Source: Octopus sinensis (lineage: Eukaryota). Taken from it: a stretch of 64,000 nt of DNA. Below, one piece after another: positions 28,437-39,797 of the stretch. Made by a program: the position numbers and the translations under genes. Within the stretch, counting starts at the first letter, position 1, and every line of letters starts with the position of its first letter. The notes beneath the pieces are model-generated. The model searched no databases. It saw only the letters and a list, made by a program, of their open reading frames with translations, and was not told the origin of the DNA. The DNA is taken from contig NC_043011.1 of NCBI RefSeq assembly GCF_006345805.1, positions 59,904,464-59,968,463 of the forward strand, read 5' to 3'.

Positions 28437-30881
28437 ATACATTTTTATACACCCCCCCGTGTGTGTGTATATATATATATATATATAAATATATATTACA
28501 GTCAATTCAGAGATAACTAGATATATACCTCACACTTAATCATTATTGATTGACTATAGCTAGAAATCAAATTGGATAAACGCTAGATACATATTTCTTT
28601 AATAATAACAATAATAATAAAAGGTATTTTGTTATCATGCAATCACTGTTACAGATTTAATAAGAGTTTTAATGAATTTCTTGAAAAACGGTTAAAAACA
28701 ATTTGAAGATTAACGTGTACATCCTTCTTTTTGACCTTGTAATTTGTTGAACTTAAACTTTGCTGGCATCAGAAGGAAATTATAACTGTAATTTCTAAGG
28801 TACAGGAAATCATAAAAGACTTTAAATTAATGCTGACTACCTTTATTAATTATTTAATTATCATTTTATAATATTATATAAACATATACTTGATCACGTA
28901 TAGAAATTTAATATTTGAAAGAAATTATACCAAACATTAATTAATTAATCCCATCATCTTAATGAATAATGGCAGATAATTCTTCGAAACTTGACAAGAG
29001 AGGAATTTATATTGAAAGATTACATAATCACACTATTTGACTCATGAAATATTTCCATATTCATAGCGACGTAGATCTGGAATTTTACATGATATGCCAT
29101 GGCCGAACAATAGCTGTCAATTGAAATTATGCTTTGTTGTTTTCACACATACAAGACAAATATATGTCACAGTTTTTTGCATTTGATTTGCTTTGTTCTT
29201 GCTGTGTCAGCACAAAGTCAGCCCCGATGAAGCAGCTGAACCAGGATCAAAAACCAACCAGCCAATCCTTCTTCTCTACAGGCACAGGCGTGGCTGTGTG
29301 GCTTGCTTCCCAACCACATGGTTCCAGGTTCAGTCCCACTGTGAGGCACTTTGGGCAAGTGTCTTCCATTATAGCCTTGGACCGATCAAAGTCTTGTGAG
29401 TGGATTTGGCAGAGGGAAACTGAAAGAAACCTGTTATTTATATGTATCTGTGTTCATCCCCCACTGTCACATGACGACTACTGTTTATTTGATTATATTC
29501 CCATAACTTAGCATTTTGGCAAAAGAGACCAATAAAATAAATACCAGGCTTAAAAAAAACAACAAAAACTGTGGTTGATTCATTTGACTAAAACTTCTTC
29601 AAGGTAGTGCCCCAGCATGGCCAAAGTAAAATATAAAAGATAAACATATTGAACCCAGGACTTTATTACTCAATGTTCATTTGTTCTTTTTTATGTTTAT
29701 CTTTTTTTAAGCTAGCAAGAGTTATCCAAACATGTTACTGAGGCATTGTTTCACAACTGGATGCTTTTCCTGTCACTAACCCACACCTAGTTTTCAAGTA
29801 AAGGGTCTTTTATTCCATTCAGCTTTGCAGGCACAAACTGAGTGGAGGATCTATTGACAGGAGTACAGATAGCAACATAACTGCATGTAGACTACAACCT
29901 TCATAGCGGTGAGAGTAAATGTATGCAAACCACACACACACACACACTCACACAAATACATGTATTTATGCCAATCTTCTTTTAGCTTCTGTCAACCAAA
30001 TCACTCCCAAACTCTGGTTGCCTTGGTGCCTAACGCATCAAAGTGTTGAGCAGTGGGAATGAACACAAAGTCATGAGGTTGGGAAGTAAAATTCTCGATC
30101 ATACAGCTACACCAAAACTTATTCATACTTAAAGACAATATGGTGCAATTTAAGTGAAACTTGGCTGATATTTCTAGCATCATGTGATAGCACAGAAAAC
30201 CCCACATGGGCCTATTTTAAAGCTCATCTTTGCATTAAAAGGCTGACAAACACTTCATAACAAATTTATATCGGTCTATAGCAGATTCTTTTCTCTGGAA
30301 AGGTTTGTGGTTAATATATTAAGCAAATAAAAGGAATTTTATAATGCAGTGAACCAACTGTCTGTTGTGTTTACATTTTGATACCATATTTAATTGATTT
30401 TTCCACAAACATGATACAACATCTTCATTGGGCTCAATGAACTTTTGGTTAGACAGTCGACAGCTATCACTTGAAGAGGTACAAAATCCCCAAATATCAA
30501 CTAAATGTTTTGTAGATAAATTTACAGCTCCAAAATATATTTCATTCAATTTTTTCACATCAAGATATATATGATATATGCAATTATCTATATATGGTCG
30601 TGTGGTTACACTGCTCAATTTACAGCTACATGGTATTGGGTTCAGTTCTAGTGAGTGGTACTTCAGGAAAGTGTCTTCTGCTTAGCCTTGAGCCAACCAA
30701 TGCATTGTGAGTGAATGTGGTAGAGGGAAGCTATATGGAAGCTCATTGCATGTGTGCTTATATATATATATATATATATATATATACCGGAGTAAACACA
30801 TAAATGTGAAACAAGGTGGAAAAAAGAGTACTCAAATACCAGTGGTAGAGTAATATGCTTTATTTTAAGCAGCAGAAAATT

Positions 30882-30937
30882 CAACAAAATCTGTTACTCT
30901 GAGTTTCTCGTTGCCGTTCATCAGACAGTTTTTGCTA
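30882..30937 (-). ncRNA. Type I hammerhead-like motif (minus arm, identical mirror copy, sense to the DGK pre-mRNA)
   Basis: Reverse complement is identical to 30966-31021. Confidence 0.6.
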
Positions 30938-30965
30938 GAATGGAACTGATATATCAATTCCATTC

Positions 30966-31021
30966 TAGCAAAAACTGTCTGATGAACGGCAACGAGAAAC
31001 TCAGAGTAACAGATTTTGTTG
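30966..31021 (+). ncRNA. Type I hammerhead-like motif (plus arm)
   Basis: UAGCAAAAACUGU-CUGAUGA-A-CG(GCAA)CG-A-GAA-ACUC(A)GAGU-A-ACAGAUUUUGUUG: 13-position stem I with one A:A mismatch, 2-bp stem II with GNRA loop, stem III ACUC/GAGU, GUA triplet. The stem II junction is non-canonical. Confidence 0.6.
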
Positions 31022-31044
31022 AATTTTCTGCTGCTTAAAATAAA

Positions 31045-31135
<91 letters not shown>

Positions 31136-33276
31136 TTGTGTGCGTGTATATGAATATATATAAATAAATAAATATATATATATATATATAATTATACACA
31201 CACACAGACCTATGTGTATATTTTGTGTCTATGTTAATTATTCCCTACCCTGCTTGACAACTGCTGTTGGTTTGTTTACATCCCAATAGCTTAGCAGTTT
31301 GGCAAAAGATACTTATGGAATAGTTACTGAATGTAAGAAATTAATACCAGGGCTGATCTTTTTCACTAAAACCCTTCAAGGTTGTGCTTCTGCTTGGCTA
31401 CAGTTCAATGACTGAAGCAAGTAAAAGGCATACAGGATTATTCTCTTAATCCTTTTGTTAACACTCAGCCTCGGCCTGCATCTGATCCCATGATACATAA
31501 TCTCTGGTTCTAAGGTACTCACATTTAGATTTTAAAAAATCAAGTTCAAACCACCACTTTAATAACAAAAATCCAAAAAATAGTTATTTCGCTAATCTCT
31601 CCAGAATTTTGATTGTTTTCAAAATAAATTGAAACGAAGGAGCAGTGTAATTCATTAGAAAAATCTGGTAATGAAAAGGGTAATGGTATTGATGTTGAAA
31701 TATTCCATATAACCTGGTTTTTGTCCAAGACAAGAGAAATAAGTGATACAAAGATTTTTCTGATATTTATTCTTTTTATAAAATAAAAATAATTCAAAAA
31801 GAAAGAAAAGCAATAAAAAACCAGAAAACTTGCTTTTACTACTAAAAATATTTATAAAATTTAAAATAAAAAGCAGTCATGTAAAAATGTAATTTATAAA
31901 CTTAAAAAAAACACAATTAGTAAAATAATCATTTCATAGTATTCTATGAGAAGTCATAACTAAGATAAAACAGCTTTTTTTTATGCTTCAATGTCAAATC
32001 ATTACATGAAAAAGAAATAAAAAAACTATTTCTAGTTTTTATGGTTTTTTTTTTCTTTTCAAATTTCTTTTTTGTAACAAAATGAGAATTTAAAATAACT
32101 GCAGCAATATTTGAATTAGAGTTACAAAGATTATGAGACTCGGCAAAGCCTGTTGTAAAATAAATGCTCCACTGCATTTTCTATGGAGACAGTGACAAAA
32201 GAGAGTCTGTGAAATTCGGTCAGAACTATTAACACAAGCTAGTTTTGGCTCAGAAGCACTGATCTACCAATTACCTCGCCAATGTTTACAATATTGCCAG
32301 CCATCTACAGTGGAAGGTTTACACACACGCACGTGTGTGTGTGTGTGTGTATATATAATCATTACATTGTGGAAGTTGGCTTCAATGATTCTTCCAGTTT
32401 CAACCTGTAATCTCAGATCAAGTCACTTGTCAAGGAAGTATGATTCAAAAATGTGCATGTGTGTGTGAGTGTGTGTGTGTGTGTGTGTGTATGTGTGTGT
32501 GTATGCATGTGTGTGTGTATGATTGCTTGAAAATACACAGCACACTATACAAGCTTGTCTGACTAATGTATTTTCAGACATGAAACCAATTGTAGCTCAC
32601 ATTTAAATCCAGTGTGTATATTAAATGATGTATATTTCTCACTGGATGGAGCACTTTTTCTGCCGATCCTACCGATAATGGAATACTACACTATATACAT
32701 ACATATATATATATAAACATATATTCACACATATATGTATATACATACACATACACGCGCTCATACATATATATACACGTACATATTCAACATGTCTCTT
32801 TACTGCAACTGTTTATTAAGTTCCACTCATAAAGCATTGCTAGAAGGTACCTGTTTGCCCAAAGGTAACCAGCTTTTACCAATGTGTGATCAAAGTTAGA
32901 AAAAGCCAACATTTGGTTTCCTAGAGCCATTCCATTCTCGATTCTTCATGGAAGTATCAGACTTTGGAGTCATTGAATAAATTGGCAGCGGAATCACTGA
33001 AGGGAATCAACCAATGCCTCATGACGATGCTGAAGAATCAATTTCACAGAAATGTTAACAGGAAGGAATCAAAGCAATACTTGTTTACTCTCTCACAAAG
33101 GTGTGACACATTTAAATTATTTATTTACCCTTTTTATACCTGAAAAAACCCCTTTTGTTGGCACATGAAAGCAGTGTTGTGAGTAAACAAACATTTAGAT
33201 AAGTTCAAATATATTTGGGACATATTTGACCAGTGCAAAGGCCATATTTATTGCTCTTTGCTGTTGAGAGCATTTC

Positions 33277-33632
33277 CAGGGGTTCTCAACCATTTTTTTA
33301 ATCTATGGACCCCTTTGATTATTATTTTGTTCTGGTGGACCCCACTGCATAGCCATTTGATGTCTAAAACAAATTTCATAGACATTTCTTTCAAAATTCC
33401 TATTCTGTTTTTCACACATTAACTTGTGTAGGTTGAACTACATAAAAATGTTAGAGAAAGAAACTCAGCTGTTTCTTGCAATACATAACCAATACATACA
33501 CCTAAAGCAAAATTTTTTCAACAGCCCTTAAAATACTATTACGGATTCCCAATTTACTATTTTGTTATGTGGACCCCCAAAAATCTTATATGGACCTTCA
33601 GGGACCATATGGACCCCAGATGAGAACCACTG
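33277..33632. mobile_element. hAT-like MITE
   Basis: Ends caggggttctcaacc ... tgagaaccactg; no intact 8-bp TSD. Confidence 0.6.
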
Positions 33633-34433
33633 TAAAGTTTACACAATTGGTGATGAAAAACACCAACAGTCATTTCGAGGTGCCCTCTAGTGGAAGTGAT
33701 GAATGATGCATTTCTAATTTCCCAGCAACCATCAGCACCATGTACCTGAGAGACAATCCTAAAATGACTTTGGAGACAGTTATTTTCTTAGAGTAAATCA
33801 GCTTCAAGATATGAGCTGATTAAAGTTCAGACTGGCCCCAGCTATAAGAAAATATTATAGTTGATGCATGAAAGCAGTGTTCTGAGCAAAACATTTCGAT
33901 CAGTTCAAATAGTTTTGTCATAGATCTAACCTCTACTATGGCTGAATTCACTGCTATTTGCCATGGAGAATATTTCTCACTTTAGGCAACAGATGTTGTA
34001 CATTGACTTGAATCACTGTCTGCATGCATATAAAATATAAGTTAGTAAGATCATAAGACTGAAGCCTTATAAATGCATTTGATAGAGCAGAAGCTGAAAG
34101 AAGCTGATTGTATGTATGTGTACTTGCGTGCATGCATGTGTATTAGTGTCTCTTTGTCTGGACATCACATGATAGTCATCAGTGTGTGTCACCATTATAC
34201 AAGCTGTGGAATTTGTTTCCAGACCTGTGTGGAAACATGCCTATCCAAGGAGAAATATTAGCTTACTTAGAAACAGGTAAAGGTTGGTGACAGAAAGGGC
34301 ATCAGGTTGCAGAAAATCTGCTTTAAAGAATTCCATCTCATCCGAGTAAGAATGGAAAAGTGGATGCTAAAACAATAGGGATGTCGATGATGATACATGC
34401 ACATAGAATATGGAGATATTCCAGTTCTTTTAC

Positions 34434-34683
34434 CTGAGAGACTTTGGTGCAGAAACAGGAATGGAAATAGTGAGCTCTGGTTGTTGTTCATCGTTGTGTA
34501 AATTTTTATCAGCATTCTTTATCACAGCATGGTTTTCATCAGTCATTTTAGAGACTGTGGAGACTTTGGTCAGCGGTATGAAGTTATGGTCTAGGATGAA
34601 CAGATCCTCAGAAGATATATCAGTGATATAGTGTAAATGCTCTTGAGCCTTGTCAATTCGAAAGAATCGTTCAGCTGTTGTTG
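34434..34683 (-). CDS. DGKZ: DGK exon: (S)[31 protein letters not shown] plus variable linker to PKSL
   Basis: Acceptor ttccttttAG, donor GTaaaa; 250 nt, phase 1 to 2; resembles DGKZ [22 protein letters not shown]. Confidence 0.93.
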
Positions 34684-34856
34684 CTAAAAGGAAAATTAAT
34701 GGCATCAGAGAGAGAGCATCTAATCACCCTTATAAAAAATAGAGCAAACAAAAGAAAAATCAAACAAAGAAAAAAAGACACACAAACTTTGGAAATAATA
34801 ATAATAATACGAATGCTTTAATCAACATGAGAATGTGAAACAACATGTAAAGACAA

Positions 34857-35868
34857 TACAGTTCTATATTTAAGAGATGAGGAATTACGTACATTATTTA
34901 CATTTAACGGATATTTGTCCTCATCTTGTTTGTTGTTAACACAACGTTTCAGCTGATATACCCTCCAGCCTTCATCAGGTGTCTTGGGGAAATTTCGAAC
35001 CTGGGTTCTCATTCCTAAGGTATTTTTTGATGTTATGATTATTATTATTATTATTCAAGTCACTGCCTGGAATCGAAAAGGCCTCTCCAAAAAGATACAA
35101 AAGATATGCGGCCCATATGACATCAGGATAGTATTCAAGAGTAATACAACACTTTGCAAATATCTCCTTCGAGTAAGACCACCAACAGAAGAGAATATGA
35201 CTAAAGACTGCGTGTACTCCATCCCATGCAGCTGTGGTAGGTTATATGAAGCTGAAACATGCAACCCCCTTAAAATAAGGGTAGATGAACATCGCAAAGC
35301 TGTGACATGAGGCGATATTGATAAATTGGGTATAGCTGATCATGTATGGAAAAATGGAGACCACCTCCCCCTGTGGGATGAAGTTAAAATAACAGATAGA
35401 GAACACCACTGGAAAATATGAAAACTAAATGCTAGGACACAGCAACCTCCTAAGCAGACCGAGTGCAGATATGAGCAGCATATGGGAACCGGTATTGAGG
35501 AAGGATAGAAAATATTTGATTTATCAGCCCTAAAATTCACTCCATAATTGCCCACTGGCATATGGCATAGTGGTTAAGAGTGCAGGTTACTAACCCCAAG
35601 ATTCCAAGTTTGATTCCAGGTTGTGACCTGAATAATAATGATAATAACAACATCAAAAAATTCCTTATTTACAATAGGACAAATTCTTTTACAATAGGAC
35701 AAATTTATATTATTTAATCTTGACCGAAGTAAGGCTCTATAACCTCACTACCTCCTCCTGGTCCAAAAAAAAAAAAAATTTCCCAAGACGGCTGGAGGGT
35801 ATATCAGCCGAAACATGTTAACAACAAACAAAATTAGGACAAATATCCGTCAATGTAAATAATGTACA
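34857..35868 (+). mobile_element. 5'-truncated Penelope-like element with decayed GIY-YIG endonuclease and head-to-head inverted terminal repeats (pLTRs)
   Basis: 35077-35533 reads KGLSKKIQKICGPYDIRIVFKS..CVYSIPCSCGRLYEAETCNPLKIRVDEHRKAV*..GIADHVW..LWDEVKITDREHHWKI*..LGHSNLLSRPS, with stops and a frameshift; typical PLE GIY-YIG. Inverted pLTR copy at 34857-35077 (minus), direct pLTR at about 35557-35868 (plus). Confidence 0.9.
34938..34983 (-). ncRNA. Minimal type I hammerhead ribozyme motif (PLE type)
   Basis: Minus strand GACAC-CUGAUGA-A-GGCUG(GAGGGUAUAU)CAGCU-GAA-AC-GU-U-GUGUU: stem I GACAC/GUGUU, stem II 5 bp, palindromic loop-less stem III ACGU, GUU cleavage triplet. Confidence 0.75.
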
Positions 35869-36359
35869 CATACAGACATCTTAATTTAATATGCAGGCAT
35901 TTTGTTTTATGTGAAACTAGTGACTCTCACAGAACACACATATGCAAAATTGAATGAAATTTGTTCAAGGAATATTCTGTAGCTATTCTGCTGGGTTGGA
36001 TAGAGATGCTTAGCACTTTAAATTTTCTCTCTTTCTCACAGTAAAACAATTTATTTCACTTCTGGATTGTTTTGTTGATGTGAAGCATCCTCTTTGTTTA
36101 AAAGCTGCTTCAATTTATAAACGGTTTCAATGAATGTTGATGTAATTTTATAAGTGCAACAACACTTTTGGAATATAAGAGAAAGTCGTAATATCTCTGG
36201 TCACGCATGTCCCACAATTATAAAACTAGAAACAAAAACAAGAACACAACAAGAGGAATTCAGAAAATGGCAGCACAAATTCGAGAGAATTCCATCAGCA
36301 CAAGTCCACACATTTTGAAAGAAGCACTGTAACCAATTACATTAACTCAGTACTTTATA

Positions 36360-36925
36360 TATTATTGAGTTTAGAAGGAGAAAGTCCAAGGCTGATCTTG
36401 GAGTAATTTGAACAAAGGTTGCAAGCATGCTTATAGAAAGTAAAGAGGGGAAGAGAGAAGAATTGGGAGGCAGCAGGGTTGGATTGTAGGTGGCGGAAGA
36501 GAGGGAAGATTGGAGGATAGTGCATTATAAGGGCAAGGTGGTAGGTAAGGAAAAAGGGAATGTGATGGGTGGGATTCCAGGTACAGGGTGCAAGGGCTGG
36601 GGTGTAATCAATGCTACAGGTATGGAAGACAGCACACTGAATAAGAGTGCATAGGTGGGTAACCACAGGTAGGTCATGTGACGAGCCTGTGACTAAAAGC
36701 TGTGGTTAATGCAGCAGAGACACCAGAGATGGAAAAACTAGGAATAAGGGATGGAACACATGGTGTGGGTGAGGTGCAAGAAACAGTTAAGGTAGGAATG
36801 GGAGTTTGTGGGTTTGGTGAAGACAGAGGTAGACAGGATGAGGATAGGGTGGGTGATGGAGATGGTGATGTCAAGAAAATGAAAGGAGGTATTGGAGATG
36901 GAATGCAAAGAGATGTAACTGAATA
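36360..36925 (-). mobile_element. Decayed Penelope-like reverse transcriptase C-terminal fragment
   Basis: Frameshifted pieces HSISNTSFHFLDITISI..STSVFTKPTNSHSYLN..H..SIPYS and HIPFFLTYH..LFRHLQSNP resemble the PLE RT thumb region. Confidence 0.75.
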
Positions 36926-37167
36926 CCACAAGGTATTGGGTTCAACATTCTATTATTTCTGTCAATTCCCCATCATCTATTATCTTTTTATGATGACTTC
37001 AATTATATCTAAACTTATGAGCCAATCGAAAGAAGGAAATTGAACATTGAAAGAAACAAACATTTTCACAAACAAAAAATAAAATAAATAAAATGACAAC
37101 AATTACTGGATGCAACAAATATGTTGATACATACTTCCTCATAGTTATTCACTACTGAAGGTTATGT

Positions 37168-37168
37168 A

Positions 37169-37218
<50 letters not shown>

Positions 37219-37356
37219 TTGATATATATATATATATATATGTGTGTGTATATATATATATATACTGATATATATATATAATATACTGATATATATATAT
37301 ATATACTGATATATATATATACTGATATATACATATATATATATACTGATATATAT

Positions 37357-37398
<42 letters not shown>

Positions 37399-37417
37399 AT
37401 ATACTGATATATATATA

Positions 37418-37472
<55 letters not shown>

Positions 37473-37474
37473 TG

Positions 37475-37510
<36 letters not shown>

Positions 37511-37530
37511 TATATAGATATATATATATG
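37168..37530. repeat. (TA)n tract with recurrent ACTG interruptions
   Basis: atatatactgatatat recurs about 8 times. Confidence 0.9.
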
Positions 37531-39213
37531 TACACTTCCTTATAGCAGTTTGCCAATAATTGGATATTACAAAATATTGATATTTACTTCCTTATAGTTA
37601 TTCATCAATTATTGGACGTTATGAAATATATTGATTATGTTATTCCTCATAGTTATTCACCAATTATTCCCCCAATATATTTACTTGAGCTAACAAAGGA
37701 ACCTCTCTTCAGGCACTGAATCTGCTAGAAACAGCAGACAAATCTTAATCAAATTATATCTTACTGGGTTAAATAAAAAAAAATGGACATATTGAACAAT
37801 GTGGTCAGATATATAAATACACACACACACACACACACATAAATAGCCATAGTGGGAACATCTTTCATTACAGGTCTGCTTCATGAGGGCTGACCTAGGG
37901 CTAAACATCAAGTAGAGGGTCTAATGAAATAACTGGATAGACATATCCAATTACTGAAATAATCTTTACATAGTAACAGCCAATATAAAAACCGGTTCAT
38001 TTCTCCAGTGTAAAAGAAAGATACATAAGAAATGTAGGATGTGTGCACATACTAGGCTATGTGGCATACAATGAATGAAAGAATCCTGCTTCCACACACA
38101 CTGTGAGAGGGAAAGAATCATAGAGAGAGGTAAATGACAGAATAGTCATATAAATGAGAAATTTGTCTAATTTCAGGGTGATATATATTCTAGTTTTCAA
38201 AATATATATTCATTTTGTTATGTTGTTTAAGCACCAAAGAATATGATAAAAGTTGAATAATGATTTTTTTCTCCTTCCTGATATTACTCAAAACTATACT
38301 CAAGTTATAATAATATTTAGCCATCAGCAAAAGTTGTCATTTCCTCATGCATAAATATTTCTAATTAGATTTTTGATAGTAACTACATTAAATATATTAA
38401 CACTAACTTAGCTATTGTTTAATTAATCTCTATAGTTTATTTTATTAAATCATTAAATAGAGTAATATATGTACTAAGCATCAATTCTTAAGATTGATTT
38501 TTATTGCTAAAAATGTTACTGACGACATTGATGTCAAAACATAAAAACAATTTAATATAATTTTGTTGATTATGATCAAAGTGCTATTATCATATTAAAT
38601 ATTGCTCATTAATGTTTAGTTCTAAGAGACAGGTGTTCTCTTCAAGGTAAACTTTGACCATAAATTACAATTTAATTGCATTTGAGATGAGGTATTTAAT
38701 ATTTATAATTACAAAAATGTAAGTGAACAACAGTGAAAATACACTTCTGGTTGCATAAAGCCTCAAGCACTCACCAAAATGAGAAGATGAAATTAAAACT
38801 AAATTATAGAAATGTTGCTTTACCCAAAGATGTATTCAATTACTACCTGCAAGTCAAAATTTCCATTGATGAACAGCCAAACTTAAATGTAGTGAGCGGA
38901 AAATAATTTTTAACCAATTCAAATTAAACACACAATGAGAAGAAAAATCATTAGCATTAGTAAAAAATTATGCTAATGAAGTTCTCTCCCTTGCCTTCTT
39001 TAGCAAGAATTTTTAACACCAATGTTTTGCTTTTCATTATGAATGTAATTTTTATTTATTAAGAATTCTTTTTAGCTCACTATATTTAGTATGACAGGCT
39101 GCACTTAACTATATGTTCTTTATGCAGAAGGTATTATTGGGAAATTTTTTTCCAGTATCATATACACACAAATATAGAAGAGGCTCACACACAAGTTTAT
39201 AAAAAGTACTTAC

Positions 39214-39268
39214 AGTCTAAAAAACACCAATTCAACGGCATTTCATCAACTACTGGACCAAATGTTTC
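39214..39268 (-). CDS. DGKZ: DGK exon: ETFGPVVDEMPLNWCFLD
   Basis: Acceptor gttgttttAG, donor GTaagt; 55 nt, phase 0 to 1; conserved WCFLD. Confidence 0.92.
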
Positions 39269-39510
39269 CTAAAACAACAAAACATTTTAATTTTGGTTTT
39301 TCGCTCAAAATCATTTGCATCAATTTATTTATTTATTTAGTTATTTTTTAACTTCTGTTTACTTTAAAGACCAGTAAACTAAAACAATAAATGAACAGTT
39401 TGAAAGACAGCAATTTATTGAACTTTACTCACAGAACAGGTCATCTACAAGTTTTCTTCTATTATGATTCCATTCACATCTAGAAAGTTCTAGAGGAGTA
39501 TTAAATCTAC

Positions 39511-39797
39511 AGCTCTATATTTAAGAGATGAGGAATTATATACATTATTTACATTTGACGGATATTTGTCCTCATCTTGTTTGTTGTTAACACAACATTT
39601 CGGCTGATATACCCTCCAGCCTTCATCAGGTGTCTTGGGGAAATTTCAAACCTGGGTTCTCATTCCTAAGGTATTTTTTGATGTTATTATTATTATTATT
39701 ATCATTATTATTATTAGTATTCAGGTCACTGCTTGGAATCGAACTCGAAATCTTGGGGTTAGTAGCCCGCACTCTTAACCCCTACGCCATATGCCCT
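39511..39797 (-). mobile_element. Solo tRNA-headed, hammerhead-bearing unit (SINE-like solo pLTR of the 34857-35868 PLE)
   Basis: A-box TGGCGTAGGGG, B-box GAGTTCGATTCC, (AAT)n spacer, then sequence nearly identical to 34857-35077. Flanked by tattaaatctaca (39499-39511) and tattaaacctaca (39798-39810). Confidence 0.85.
39589..39634 (-). ncRNA. Minimal type I hammerhead ribozyme motif, second copy
   Basis: Minus strand GACAC-CUGAUGA-A-GGCUG(GAGGGUAUAU)CAGCC-GAA-AU-GU-U-GUGUU; perfect stem II, C15.2 to U leaves a U.G pair in stem III. Confidence 0.7.

Larger units (their letters stand above)
30787..31050. mobile_element. PLE-type terminal relic forming a 198-bp palindrome (30853-31050), inserted in the (TA)n tract of a SINE
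   Basis: Arms pair around 30951/30952 with 2 mismatches; (TA)n on both sides; a hammerhead-like motif in each arm. PLE origin is inferred from the hammerhead and the head-to-head geometry. Confidence 0.7.

Noticed and set aside
28710-28794. Alternative candidate for the phase 2 to phase 1 DGK linker exon (YNFLLMPAKFKFNKLQ)
   Set aside because: Only weak donors (GTcaaa, GTacac); 26501-26577 has a consensus GTaagt donor and a better acceptor
35780-35825. Third copy of the tRNA-SINE/PLE hammerhead on the plus strand
   Set aside because: The 10 nt including CUGAUGA are deleted and the cleavage triplet region is altered, so it is not a functional ribozyme; kept only as part of the PLE
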